NCBI GenBank assembly: GCA_965649765.1
Contig: OZ287749.1
Location: 39,556,001 to 39,620,000 of the forward strand
Direction: 5' to 3'
Origin: Bispira polyomma
Lineage: Eukaryota
DNA: 64,000 nucleotides
Part shown: positions 47,901 to 62,900 of the stretch, piece by piece
How positions within the stretch are numbered: the stretch's first letter is position 1
How the letters are laid out: each line of letters starts with the position of its first letter
Translations under genes and position numbers: made by a program
The notes under the pieces: generated by a model
Told to the model about the DNA's origin: nothing
Seen by the model: the letters and a program-made list of their open reading frames with translations, nothing else
The model's database searches: none

Positions 47901-50900
47901 CTGTTAAAAGTTACAAAGTTTGTTATGACAGTATATTTTTGAGCTCTTTTTTTAAATCTCTTAAAGCTGTGATAGATATGAGCACTGTTTATTAGTTCTT
48001 TTTTCGAGTAAGTGATGTGAAAAAAAAGGTTGTTATTGCCCCTGTTTCATCAGTTATTGTTACAAATAAAACCAAAGCAATTATGTACTATTTTTTAGAT
48101 CTCTACTATCCAGGTTTTTATTGTCCAAACCAATTTTTTTAACTTATTGCAATTTCACAATTTTATGTTTCTCTATATCACAAGAGAAAATCTATGATAT
48201 TTTACTGTCTAAACAATTCTGTCTCTTTCAAAGTATTTGGATAAATGAACCTCTTATATTATCCAAACCAAAAATTCTGGCTTTCTAAAAGTGTATGGAT
48301 AATAGAGACTTCACTGTGTTATGAGATACTCTTGTAACTTTATATGTTAATATTTAGGTTAATTGACTCAATTGCACTCACTTCATTTGTGTTTTCAGTG
48401 CGACTGTTGTATTCTCCATGTTTGAGTGTACATGTTTTACTTTCATTTTGTAGCCTACAGAAGATGTCAGAAAGTAGTATCACAGATCATAGTACATCAC
48501 AATCTCCAGGTAGTTCAGTTTAATTTATTAGGAAAGTTAATTCATATAATTTAAAAAAAAGTTAATTATTAAGAAACTGTGCCATTATTTAAGTAGGTAG
48601 GGGAATCCTCTACCTAATATGATATCATGATTTGCGGAATGAACTGGTTGCCGTTGGTTACAATTTGGAACAACGTGATCTCAGAACTTACAAGGACCTT
48701 ATTAAGAAATGTAAATTTTATTTTTTTGATGTTTTTGTAGTTTACATATAAAATAATGACAGAAATCATTCTCTTCTGTATACATATGTATTTTAAAATT
48801 ATGTTTTAAATGTTATACTCTTGATAAATATTATATAAGCAGAATATATATGAAATATGTTTTGTATAGTGTAATCAAATGTGTTATTCATTGTCTTAGT
48901 TGGATATTTCATATTTAAACTCTGTTTATAAGTGATCATATAAACTCCAAAAATGTTTGTAGAAAACACATCACAAACTCTATTTTTTTTGTCCTTATTG
49001 TTTTTAATGTAGACCTTGTTTGATTATAGATTCAATCACACTTATTTAAGTTAGTTGTATTTACAAAATAATACGTGAATCATGGTATAAGTCTAGTGTT
49101 TAGGACCATTTTAAAGGATTTTTTTACCATGCAGTCCTTGAATGCTGAGAAAGTTGGTGGATGGGGCTTTATCTCTGGAACCACATATTTAAGGGGGTTC
49201 CACATCCAAGTTCGATCGGCAAAATGGGCCCGATTTTAAAGTCAGGAAGGTCGGGGCGAAAAAATCAATAAAATCCATTTTTGGGCGGGAAAATTCATGT
49301 GTGGGGCGGCCTTCCCGATCGAACGGGACGCTGACCTCGATCTTACTTGAACCAGGATAGGATCGAACTTACTAGTGATAGGATCTGACGTATCGCCCTA
49401 GGATCGAACGTATCGCCAATAGGATCTCACGGATTTAGATCCCCGACCATAAAGATCGAACGTAGAAAAGTCAAAGTCGGGACTGTTATTGTATATAAAT
49501 ATAGATGACAAATGAGGTGTATTTAATGAAATAAAAGAAATAATACATGTTTAGACCTCATTTTTGATGGAAGTTTGTTGTAAATAACAGCAAATAAATT
49601 CATCGTTTGCGTACATGAACTGTACCACAAGTGGGTTCGATGTCGCAAAGGTAAGGTAAACTTTTAAACTGATTTCCGTTATCGAGACTGACAAAATAGG
49701 CTTTTATACGTGTTTTCACACATATAATTCTTCCCGACCTTCCAGACCACCCTGTTTTCGCCCCCTGACCTATACGTTTCGACGGGCCAGCGTTAGGACA
49801 GGCCGGCAGTGCGGTCCGACTTATCCGACTAAGTGTCGCCAATAGGATCGAACGTATTAACGGTCCCGACTTGAGGTCCTGGACCAAAAGTCGGGACCAT
49901 TTTTAAAATATCTAACTTTTTTGATATTCTTCCCGACCTTCCCGACCACCCCGTTTTTGCTCCCCGACCTCAAAGTCGGGAAGGTCGGGGAGCAAATCCT
50001 GAATGTGGAACCCCCACTTAAACAAGAATAGCTTATAAAAAAAGGTAGATAGAAGGGAGGTGAAAGCCAGTTTATGTAAGTTTATTATACACTAACACCT
50101 TTGCGGGTCAATTCCAGTCCTGAGTGTCATTCTGGGCTTCAGTAGTAACCATTACGCATTCCGATTTGACCTACTTTTTAATTAGGACAGCTATGATGCG
50201 TTACCAAACAGGAGAATCCTAGGACTTCAAAAAAGGTGTCAGCTTTTTCAACATAAAACATTGTATTTCAATCTCAATTGATTCTTTCAGTTTTCTTATG
50301 AAATACACTTCTATCAGTTCACCTATATAAGAAAAATATATTACCCATAAATATGAGGCAAATATAACATTAACCACAATAAGCAAGAAATTTGTTTTCA
50401 TGAATATTATAAACAAATCTACACCCCTCTAAATGGTTTATCTTAGACCCGTCCCGTCATACAACAGGGAGGTCCCCAGCTAACACTCACATTAGAAGTC
50501 TTAATTAACTAAAATAATGTTCATTTTGGGGATGTAGTAAATGTGTAACCAGTATATATTGTGTCCCCCCAGTCGTAGGAAACAGTTCTTTAGACCTACA
50601 GCAGCCAGTAGAAAAAGTAAAGGAGGAGACGGATGAAGTGAGTCATGATATCAGGGATCACATGGGAAAACTACATAGACAGAGAAAGAGTGAGGATCCC
50701 AAGTCACAGAGGGCTGAGAGAATAAAGACACTTAGGAGGCTGCTCAAGAAATTGTAAGTATTGTATGCGAGAGAGAGAGAGAAAGAGAGAGAGTGCATTA
50801 ATAGTGAAATGATAGGAGTAAAACCTTGATGTTGTAATATAATTTTGTTGAGCCACTATTTATTTCATGTATTCTGACATATATCACAATACTAAAATTG

Positions 50901-53900
50901 AACTGCACAGTTTCACACCAGTTTTAAAGTAGTTCTCTGAGAAGGCTTGTCCTTTTATCGCACTGAAACAATTTGCTACCTACTTTAGTGGCATCACAAA
51001 TTTATTGTAAGAAAGAGAGAGAGAGAGAGGAATCTGGAATTTGTGACATGCAAAAGCCTTGTAAACAAAACAAAAATTTCTGGATCCCTGCCCAGGACGG
51101 ATCTAGGAATCTAAAGTATAATGGATTCTTTCATGATCCTTGCGACCCCATTATTCGAGCAAATTTACATATAATTCACTTTAGTAACTTCTGCGTGGCA
51201 AATAGACAAACAAGCCAACACATGGGCGAAAACACAACCTTCTTGGTTGGAGGGGATAAAAAGAGTTTGACACAGTTAAGTGAATGACCAGTCAAATATT
51301 TTTTTAGAAATTTAAATAAAAGACAATACTTCACTAGTTAAAATATTTTTATTTATCTTACTAAATGAAATAATTACACAGACAAAAAACAGAGGCAGCA
51401 AATTTTTAATTGCCCTGAACTCCTGCATGGTTATGACCTCAGATTAAAGAAACGTTAATAGAAACTCTAGGGGATTGGCTGTTATAAGATATTGTTTTCT
51501 GGGGTCTAAAATTTGAACTGTATTTAACTGTTACACGAGAGTGGGGTGTGTATTAGGAGTGTAGGTTATACATAGCTTTGCAGTATGCATCTTTCTTGCA
51601 TGTTTTGCATAGAATAGTAAGATACTGACAAGTAATTGAACTTTTCCAAGGTTCTTAAACTGGATGTTCTTCATACTGGTATACTGGAAATTTAGTACTC
51701 ATAAAGCCCATGAATCTTTTCTTAATACTGTCATTTGTTAAGAAAATTAGAATATTGTTGATTCATTTGGTGATGAATTTTTAGTTTACTACTGTTTTTA
51801 CCAATTTCTAGATTTGCCAATGTTATTAAATTTAAAAAAAGAAAAATTTAGCATGCGTGAAACTAAACATAAAAAACTTAAATGGAAGGGTAAATTAAAG
51901 ATTTAATTTCTTCTAATTAATTGTAATGTTTGTATGGTTTAACCTTGCAGTCCTTTTGAAAGATCAGCAAGTGAAAATGATCAGATTTATAATGCCATCA
52001 AGCATTTTGAGGTGATGGCTAATCAGTTTGCACCCAATGTGTTGAAAGAACTTTGTGTTGTGGCTCAGTTAGATTCCTGGAAAGAAGCTGATTTGACAGG
52101 CAAGTTATGTACTTATTTTGTTTTATCTCATTAGCATTTAAAACTACTACTGTGTATTAAATTAAAAAGGTTTAGACTGATCATTCACTATAGTCGCCTG
52201 TTTATGTACAAGATTATTACTACATTGTATTTATTACTGGAAGAGAGTAATTTTCACTACCCAAGTGCATAGGTTTAAACAGCTAAAGATGAATTGGTAT
52301 TGACAATTTCCATTCGTACATTAATCAATTTTATTTTTTGTTTGTTAATAGTTTTTGGCAACACAGGGTTTAACTTTATACTGAGAGGAAAAGTGAAGCC
52401 AATTGCCGAACCCTGGGTAAAATTACACAATGACAACTTTGACATTCCGTCACCTACTCCTGAACCAACTGAGATTATAGAGGTATGTTAAACTACATAT
52501 TAGAATGGTTAAAAATGGCTTTTTTTGTGGGACTGTAAATAAACAATCAATCCTAACAGAATATGTCCATTTTGTGCGGGGACCCGAGCCCACTTTTACA
52601 AATTTGATTCCATAGAAATATTTCATTATTGCTTACGTAGTGTGATAATAAATACCTTGTACATCTGCGTTTTCTCTCAATAACATCATTCCAAGTTTCC
52701 ACATAATAATGAACATTATATAGCCTGAAATCAATAACACAATATCTTATGAATAATTTGATGTTGTTTCTCGAATTTTTCTTGTTACTGACGCCATTTT
52801 AAGTTTGTCAGTGGTTAACACTATATATACAACGATTACTCAAAGTCAGTCCAAATTTTTTTGTGTGAGTCTTCAAAGCTCCATCCTAATATTTTAGGAT
52901 TTCTTCATTGGCATTTATTTAATTAAATTAACTCAAAAAGATTAATACAATTTAAAATCTTACTGGGAATTAATTTTTATAAATGATTTTTTCATGGTCA
53001 TGTGTAAAAATAGTTTAATTCCTAGCCAAAATTACATTCAGATACATGTAGTATCTGACATTTACCATATTTCAATATAAATAAATTAAATAACATAAGG
53101 AAAATATGGGTACTGTTTGGATCAAGACACCAAAAAAAAACACTACTTTCTTACAATTTACTAAGGGTTTAACTTTTTGCTGTTTAGATACATGTATAGT
53201 TGAAGCCCTTTCAGTAGAACTGTGTCAATTTCCCTTCATATGTGAAGGAAAATTAATTAGTTGTCTCAAATAAGCCTTTTCTTTTCAAATATCCTCTTTT
53301 AAGTGGAAATCCTGCTTAAGTAGAGGTACAGTTGAACCCCTTTAAGTCAAACCTCAAGGGACAAGGAGAAAACCCCTTTAAGTCGAACCTCGAGGGACTG
53401 GGAGAAGGTTTTAGAAGTCCAGGACACAAGTCGGGGGACTTTTACAAAATATCAAACATGTTTGATATCCTTGCTGACCTTCCAGACCACCCCGTTTTCG
53501 CCCCCGACCTATACAAACTCACCCCAGACCTCCAAATTGGGAAGGTCTGGAACCAAATCGGCACAGTTGAACCACCATTTAAGCAGGATTTCCACTTAAC
53601 AGGGTTGATTTTGTGGGACCAAAGATTTTTCTCCAGATAACAGGGAAATTGAGTTAACAGAGTTCTACTCAAATGGGTTTGATTGTATATCCTTGTCTCA
53701 TGCTTGGTCCAATTAAAAGGTTTTGACTGTATATACTGATTGTAAATTTCATTTTTGCAAGCAGTCTTCAGGAGGGTCACTAATGGATGTCTCCAGTGGA
53801 GTATATTTACAAGATCTGGAACATCTACCGCAACCTGTTTGCAACATTTTACTCCCACACCCCCCTGTCCCCCTTAAATTTTTTTTCATTCTTTTCTTCT

Positions 53901-56900
53901 ATTAATTACTGGTTCAATTTTTTTTTCAGTTTTACAGATACAAGTCACTATGATGTCACAAAGAGTAAAACATCAGTTAACTACATGTAATCCAGAAATG
54001 ATGTCAAGGTCATTGTTTTAGTTAAAAAAATATTTAAATGATTCCAAGTACTGTTCGATAGTTTCTTGACATCTTTAGATAAGCTACATACTTCATTAAA
54101 TAAATCTCAGGTTAAAGCGAAGATTATGAAATTATAGAAAAAGTAGAAATGTCTTAAGATTGTAAAAATTTGCCAAATTATGCAAACACTTTTTTTCCAG
54201 TTACGTGTTGTTATGAATACACTTTAAATTATAACTTTAGTTTGACCAACATTGTGATTTAAAAACACATAAAAGAAATGTATGTTTGCCATAATAGAAG
54301 ATTTATGATTAATTAGATTGTCAATAAAATGGTCTATATCTGAAGTTTTACTCTTTGTCCCTCACTTTTCAGTTGCCAAACCCTTTGCAGTTTGCACTAC
54401 ACTGTGTGTTTTATAATAGGACATTATATGCTTTTCACTTGTATAGTCATACGGGTATATGCTTTTCACTTGTATAGTCATACGGGAAAGATCACTTTAA
54501 GACAGATATTTTAGAGGTAATTGAATGTATTTGTATTTGTGAGGTGCAGCGAATGATAATCTACAGTTAGCTGTCAATATCAAGTTTGTTGAAGAAAACT
54601 GTATGTATGTCGGCCAGTGTATAGGAAGAAAGTTTTATGGAGGGTGACTTTAAACCAGTCAGATAGAAGAATGAAGATCGGTCATATAATAATGGCCAAA
54701 AACGCTTCTCCATCATTATTGAACGGGGCTGGGACAGCTTGTAATAATTCTCTAGGAATGCACATTTAGCTAATAATAGTGGTAATTATGTAGGGGACCG
54801 TTTCTACACCCTCGCCGGTTTGATTCTGTTAGGGAGGCCCTTTTGACACCCTGATAAATTGGTATTGGTGTCTACTTGGCGTGGCCATTTTTACACCAAC
54901 AGGAATAAATCTTTAAGATATATTAAATTCGGTGGAAATCCCACCTAATATGTTATTATGCTTCTGGGTGGTTGCCATTGGTTACAATTTTAGGACAATC
55001 TCAGGACTTTTAACGACCTCAGCTTTCATATTCAGCATACATGTTAGGTCTGTTTCAAAGAGGCACCGTTTGTAAATTGGTGTTAATACAGCTAGAATTA
55101 AGGTAGAAACAGCCATTTTTCAGCCATTTAAGACACAGACAGGCTTTGGTCTCTATGCCAATCTCAGACTATGACATCATTCACTTGTTCAAGGCTTATA
55201 GTCAATTTTCTGTCTTCGTGGAATAAATTAAATGATCTCATTAGCTGTTTCATTAATGGATATGTTTCATTATTTTTGTGAATGAAAGTAGAGTACGGAG
55301 TGAGGACACGTGATCTTCAGAACATCTAATCGATATCCTCTTCTGAAACTTTGTACAAAATTAAATTCTATTTTATACTCACGTTGAGGTGTACACGATT
55401 TGAAATATCATTGTTGTGTCTGGACTTGGGCCGATTTTGTTTAAACCTCTAACTCGCAATGGTCGTAAGAGTAGACAGTTTTCTGTGCAAATAACATACA
55501 AAATTTTTATTAAAATCAAAAATTAAACATATATAAGGGTACTTACTTCTGTTTGGGGTTTTGCCTTCTTCATTTAATGAATATTCATAGATTTCTAAGT
55601 TAAACGATTTACAAATTGACGTAGGTAAAAAATAGGTGGCTCTCAACAAAAACAGGCCCGAAACTGACGTCATACTTCAAAACAATATAATCTAGGACCA
55701 TTAAAATGGACTTCAAACAATTGCTCATATCTATGAAGTTGAATAATATGCAGTAAAATATGTGAAAACACTTCACGACTCTGTTAAAAAATGATAAAAG
55801 GCGAAAACCCTAAATAGAAGCAAGTACGCTTTATTTGTTTAATATTTAATTTTAATGAAAAACGAGAACCGTGAGCGATAATAGAAGTTGTTGTAGACCT
55901 ACTTTTTCTGTCAGCGACAATGCTTTATTCGATTTTACTGATGGTTCCCTATTTTTGGACTGTTTTCTATCAGACGTTTCGCCCATGTGTTGTACACGCA
56001 TCCAGATAGCAAACTCTGGTACTTTTTATCGCATTTTTCGCCCACTATAGACAAAATATATACTGCTAGGAAGCTGTACAACACATCCATCTTCCTCTGT
56101 CCCAAGTGAGCTCATCACCTAATTATGCAGCCAATAGTTCCCCATTGTCATCTTGTTTAATATAGTCATTATTTCTTGTTTGATTTTAACAAATAAGGTA
56201 TCATTTCATTTCATTCCACTGGCTTACCATTGAACATCGCATCCTTTTTAAGTACAACCTGCTAGTTTTTAAGGCTATTAATTATTTCCAACCTCCCTAC
56301 CTATCTTCCTTAATCAAGTCCAGCAGCCTCACATGTGGAAATAGACTATCTGTTTCACTTCGCCCTAAACCAAAAATTGGAAGGCGTAGCTTTGCTGTCG
56401 CTGCAAAGTCGCTGCACCAGCAGAATGGAACAGGTTGCTACAAAATGTCAGATCCCAGCAGACACTATCAGGTTTTCGTAGCCAGCTCAAGACTCGCTTG
56501 TTCAGACTGGCATATCCCCCACCTTAGTTACTTCCTGGTTGGCGCTCACTTGGTAACAACCTTTGCTTGCTAATGGACAATCCCTTTTTGGAATTCAGCG
56601 CATAAAATAATTTTTATCCATTTTGAGCTATATAAATGCTTCTATTATTATTATTATTTTAAAGCACAGAGATTTCAATATTACAAAAATTATAGCTGAT
56701 ATATTAAGTAAATCGCTGTTAAGCTTATGTCAATAACAAGCTGGAATATCTAAATTTAAATTTCATTAATTTTATATTAATAGCGATTTACTTGTGAATT
56801 GTTGTTTCATAAATCAGCTGTAATTGTGCAATATTTAAATTACATGTGTTGTACACTTTAAAATGGCACCTTATTGGTTAAAATCAAGCAAGAAATAATG

Positions 56901-59900
56901 ATTATATAAAACAATCTTAAACATTTGTTTTTGTTTGTGTCAAAACAGCCACGCCAAGTAAGTAGTGGTTCCACATTCAAGTACGATTGGAAAAAAATGG
57001 GCCTAATATTGAGATTGGGGTGGTTATGGTGAAAAAATCAATAAATGTAATATTTTAGGCTTGAAAATGAAATGTGTGGGGTGACCTTTCAAATCAAACT
57101 GATTGACGGGACACCAACCACGATCGAACCTGATGTCCGTAATAAAACTCACCTGGCCTACCCGACCCTAGGTAGGATCGAACTTATTTGTCATATGATC
57201 GAACGTATCGCCAATAGGATCTGACGGATCCATATTCCCGACCATCAGGATCGAACGTCCTAAAATCAAGTTGGGACTCCAATTGCACAATAACTGACAA
57301 AATAGTCTTATATTCTTCCCGACCACCCCATTCACCCCTTTTTTTCCCACTGACGTATTCATTTTAACGGGCCAGTGTTAGGACAGACCAGGAGTAAAAT
57401 CAGACAGAATGTATTGACAATATGATCGAACTTATTCAGCGATGCCGACCTTCCAGTTTTTAGATGTCGGGAGCTAGTCTTGGGTACTTTTAGAAAATAT
57501 TAAACATGTTGAATATCCTTTCTGACCTCCACTTGCGCCCCGTTACCGCCCCCAGACTTTTATGGACAAGCCCCGGACCAAATTGGCATAGTGGAACCAC
57601 CATTTGAGCACTGGGGTTAAGTGTCGGGTTTAAATCGGCGCTTGGTTTCGAAACGGCGGGTAATGAGTGATGAAATAGGTAGCATTATATTGACACAAAA
57701 TATATAGGTGGCTAACAATGATGTAAATAGGAAACAGCGATGAAATAGGTCACTTTATATTGACACCAGAATAAGTCACATATCAGGTTTTCGGATGAAG
57801 TTGTAAAGAATACAGGCGTTCATTAACTTTTTTGATAATATCAGTACTATTTTGCAAAATACATAAAAATTGGTGTTCACATGTGTCCAAAGCAGAAGTT
57901 TTTAATTACCTGGCTTCTCAAGAGAAATAATGATGTAAATTAGATTAAAATATTAGCACAAATAGTTTAGTTATTTATAGTTACACGCTAAAACCGTTTT
58001 AGGTATAGTTGTACATGTATTATTTTCAAGCATTTCAACCTGTGACATTTACTTATTTTCTTGCATGTTGTGTTATTTTTTTTGACCCATTGAGTGTTAT
58101 AATTTGCATAGGTTTCTACTTTGCTGTACATTAGTGGATATGTTTTACTACAAATATATTCTTATCGAATTGTTTTTAGAAAATATTAGTAAAAGTGTAA
58201 CATTTGAACATTCATATGCAGTAGACTGTATAACTAGAACCTCCAATTATACCACAGGATTGGGTTTGAGTTATGGCTAACTTTCACTTATACCTACAAA
58301 AAATACAGCATTTGTGATAATGGGACCTCAAAACTGGTTCCACTTATACCTAAATTCGACTTACACTGGTTCTACTTATACAGAGTCTACTGGAATATGC
58401 ATAGATATTTACTGCAGCTAAAACTATTTGATTATATTTGTCTGAAATTCCGGAAACAAGATCAACCTTGTTACAATTATATTTGCTTGAGGGTAAATTC
58501 CTGTATATATAAACGTAAAGTCATGTTTCAGTATAAATTGGAGGCATGAAATATCCTCCCTTTTTTATGAGGCAAAGAAGTATTTGACCTTTTTTGTTTA
58601 TTTATATTTTGATAAGATTTCAAATTCAAAGTAACTGTGAAAAACCAGGGCTGTATTCACTAACTAGCTCTGGTTTTGGGCTCGCTTTGTAGCTGTGAGC
58701 ATCTGTAACATTTCATGATTCCAACTAGCTGATAATCTAGGAGAAATATAAGATATCAGTTTCACAGTTCTGTATTATCTAATATGTCAAGTCCTATGAT
58801 ATGTGAGTAACAGAATGTTAATTATTAACTAAACCCTGAAGCTTTGATCTTTGATGCTATTTCAAGAGTTTATATACTTTGTTCACAGTTACTAGAGTCC
58901 ATCTTCCGTGAGCAATAATACAAGAAATTTTGTCAGCTACCCTTAGCTAGTTATCATTTTATATAGATGACACAATTTCTGATATCATTACTCACAGAAG
59001 ACAATCCCTAGCGACTTGATTTTTGTGAATATTTTGGAAATTTTAATGTTTCTTCTTTTTTTTTGTATTTGTTCTTTTACACCTTTTAGCTTGGAACCGG
59101 AGACTGCTTTGGAACATTTGAAAAAGTAGAAGGCAGGGAGGCCAACACCAAAGTTTTGTCTGTCATGACTGTAACAGAAATTTGTGACTTTATGAGAATC
59201 TCCACCGCTGATTACAAAAGAGTGATGGAGGTAAAACAGATTTCTTAGTACAGTAGTAGAAAATCTCTAATATCTATACTTCTGTTATCATTCTATTGTA
59301 TTATGCATGTTTTATCGCGCCGTATTGATGAAAGGCATCTTCTAAAGTGCCACAAAAAATTTTTTAAAAAAACAATCGAAAAATCCCAAAAACATACCTA
59401 CAGTCTTAAGGAAGGATGTGCGGGTGGATGTACAGGGAGGGAACTAAGTGATTAGCAAGTTTGTAAAAATAAGATTTTTTTTAGCTTTTTTTTTCTAAAC
59501 CCAGAAAGTATTTTAAGTGATTTAGGCTCAACTGGGAAACCATTCCATAACATAGGGGCCGCAATAGAGAATGCTCTAAATATAGCCCTCTTGGTGGGTT
59601 TAACAGAGGAAACAGAAAGTCTCTTTCCTCTATTGAGGTTACTGAAGAAAAGACGAGTAGCAAGGTAGAAGGGCCGTTGAGAGCTTCGAAAGTGGTTATA
59701 TGGATTTTACACAAAATTGATAGTAAATTGGAATACAAGGTCATTTTTTGAGGTATGGAGAGACATCATTACGGATCTCGAAATAAGAAATGACTCTACA
59801 CAGATAGTTTTGAATGAACTGTAACTTCTTTATGCAAGACTTTTTTTCCTGAATATTAACTTTTATGAAGACATTTTCACCCTCCCTAATTCACACTTCC

Positions 59901-62900
59901 TACAATTGCTATTGTTTTGTACTAAAATGCCTCTACAGAGGCCTGAAACAAAAGGAATAGATTAATTTGGACAGAGTCGAAATGAGTTTATCAAATCAAG
60001 TAATCGGATAGTAGAAATTCTGATAATAGAGGTCCTAGTGTACTTGTAATAGTATTTGATTTCCTGGGTGATACATTACACAGCACCTTTTTTAGCCATT
60101 ATTGTAGTATTAAAACAGCTCAACTGGCAAAGTTTTCTGATGAACTTTTGTTTCAGTACCATACATGGCCTTTTTTTCTCTTCACCCTGGCTATGTGTTT
60201 GTACGATTATATTGAACCCACATTTACACTAGAGATTGCCCAAAAATTATTTTAAGGCCCATACTTATCAACAGTGTTCAACTTCAACTATTAATTATAT
60301 CTAAATGTATGCCCTGTTGTGTCTTCGTGTATAATGAAGGAATCACCATAATAATGAAGATATCGAAAATCTAACTACATACTTGAGTTAGTCACTAAAT
60401 GCTCTATTTATATGAATGGTGACGCATCCAGGTAATGATTCAGTAATAGGGAAATCTATGTAATCATGTTGTATTTTAGGTTCATGTGAGTATAAGATGT
60501 TTTATAAAGCTCTGGTGTTGTCAAAGTTGAGGATAGCGAGTTAACATAAATATAAAATATTTTGTTAAAAACAAAATTAAACACAAGAGAATTTATAAAT
60601 ACAAGGTTTATTGAGCTTTCAGAGCCTTACTCTTTCCTCAGAATAACCTAGAACTCCCAAATATACAAATACTGTAACTAGATGCAAAACAAAAAATATT
60701 ATGAAATCATAATGGAGAAAATGTGATGTAACAATTAAAGATGACGTAAAGAACATATTACATATTAAAAACATCATACAAGTATAAATTAAATATGTAA
60801 TCAAGCGTCGTCAACATACCAAAAAAACTCATGTCATGGAATAAATCTCTTCACTCATATACAAGAACACCCAAAAGAGAATATACTGAAAAGGTAAGTA
60901 CAGTTTTGGAACTTTAAATAGCAACTCTACTATTATCCCTGTGTTTATTCAAGTGGGCTACAAACACAGTTAACATAAACAAACTTGTGAAGGTTTGCAA
61001 ACAAAAAGCTTGTTTCTTTGTAATATTCACGCATATATACAATGTTTTTCATTTCAGCAAATCCACCATAGAGATGAAACAGAAAAAGTGAATTTACTCC
61101 AGTCTTGTAAAGCATATCAACTCTGGTCCAAACAGCCGCTAGTCAAAGTTGCCAGCTTGTTAGAATGGGCCTCTTTCCCAGCGAATACAGGTAAAATAAT
61201 TTGGGTCATAAGTATATTGCTGAAATTCATTGATTTAGTACAGAAACTCTGTGTGTAAAACCACATTGAATTGTTGCATCTGCCACTGTGGTCTAGTTAG
61301 TTAACAGACTTGCTTAGGAACCCAGAAATGCTGGGTTTGATCCCAGGTTGGGGTTTTATAGGTACAGGCAGATACATAGTGGCTCGGGTGGCCACTTAGA
61401 ATGTCATTTATTTTGTCATTGGGTCTTGTCCCCAGACACAGGCTAAAGAACCTTGGGGGATGCCGATAAAGGGTTATCCTCAAGGCTCTCTCTTCAATTA
61501 GGTGAAATGACGGTTCATACTGTGGTTGTTTGGCTGTACTATGGCAGTTATAAAAAAGGTTAATTGTCTAGATGCCAAGTATAAATTTCAATACAAATGT
61601 GAATGATTACCCTTATACCGTTGGTACAAAACAGTATACTGACCCCAAACTGCCATTTTATCAAACACACCTAAAATGCACCTTCAGGGACTAAAGTACC
61701 CAAACAAAACACAGCCTCTAGTAAGATCATTCAATCTAAAGGGCGAATGACAGTTGTAAGAAGGCATATCATAATTACAACAGTTGTAATGGGTAATACC
61801 TAGCTGACCTACACCGACTGCAGTTTAAAATTTTGTCAAAATACTTTTTGATGTGGACATTTTTATGGGTACTTGTCTTTGACATGTATAATTTTAGCCA
61901 GTTGCAAAATGTAAATTTTATCTTAAAATGAATGAAAGATACATATATCTAATTTGGATATAAACTTTGCAACCAGTATTTTATGCTTCAGCAGAATGAC
62001 TACTGATTAGAATTAAGAAATTTCCTTGGGAAAATCATGGACATACATGTATTTAATTGACAACATGGCTAAAGCTGGCCAAAGAATCACTGAATGCACA
62101 AAACACATACCAACAGTATAGGGATTTTACCAGAAAGGCTAGTCTGACTGGTTCTACACCTAGTACCTACCAAGGTGGTGAATTCTCAGTATATTCAGTG
62201 GGTATACAGATTGGGGTATATTCAGATTCTATCATGACCGATTAAAAGTGTGACTTCAAAAATATTGGTAGATAGAAAAGTAAGGCATGTTATTGCAGGA
62301 ACTGACATGACATTATAGAAGCAAACATTTTGGCTGTCCCTTGTAGATTTGATTAAACTTTTGAACGAGTTAGAATCCAGGACACAATTAGGCTTGTCAT
62401 ATTTTGATTCACTACTGCTGGTAGTACTAATATTAAGCTGTATATGTTTCATCAGTTACCATAGTCTCAATATAGCCACAATTTCAGTCATCTGACCAAA
62501 AGCAATTCTTGGAATAACTTAACCTTGTTTTGGGTGGGCAAACAAAAATACAATTAAAATAGCTTATCTAACGAATTTGGAGACTTTGAATAAAAATGCA
62601 CATTTCTTTCTTTAAAAGTTCAAAATTGGTTTGAAGGATGTTGCGCCCATTGTTTATATTTGGCAAAAGGTTTTTGCCGTGGCTCTGATGCCTTCGTTGT
62701 TGGGGATGCTTGTGTACAATGAAATAACATCTAATCTAATCTAATCTAGTCGTACTTTTATAGCGCTTAATCTTTGTACAACAAATTCTAAGGCGCAACA
62801 AACCCAAAACGTTAATCGCAAATCAAAAATAGTGGGCGGATGGAAGTCGTAACCAGGGAGACTACCGTAGATGGTTGCGACGGCTAAGGTGGAAAAGCCT

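Noticed and set aside
49600-53858. Short ORFs sharing GAKTGWSGRS
   Set aside because: Translations of two copies of the same non-coding TIR element.
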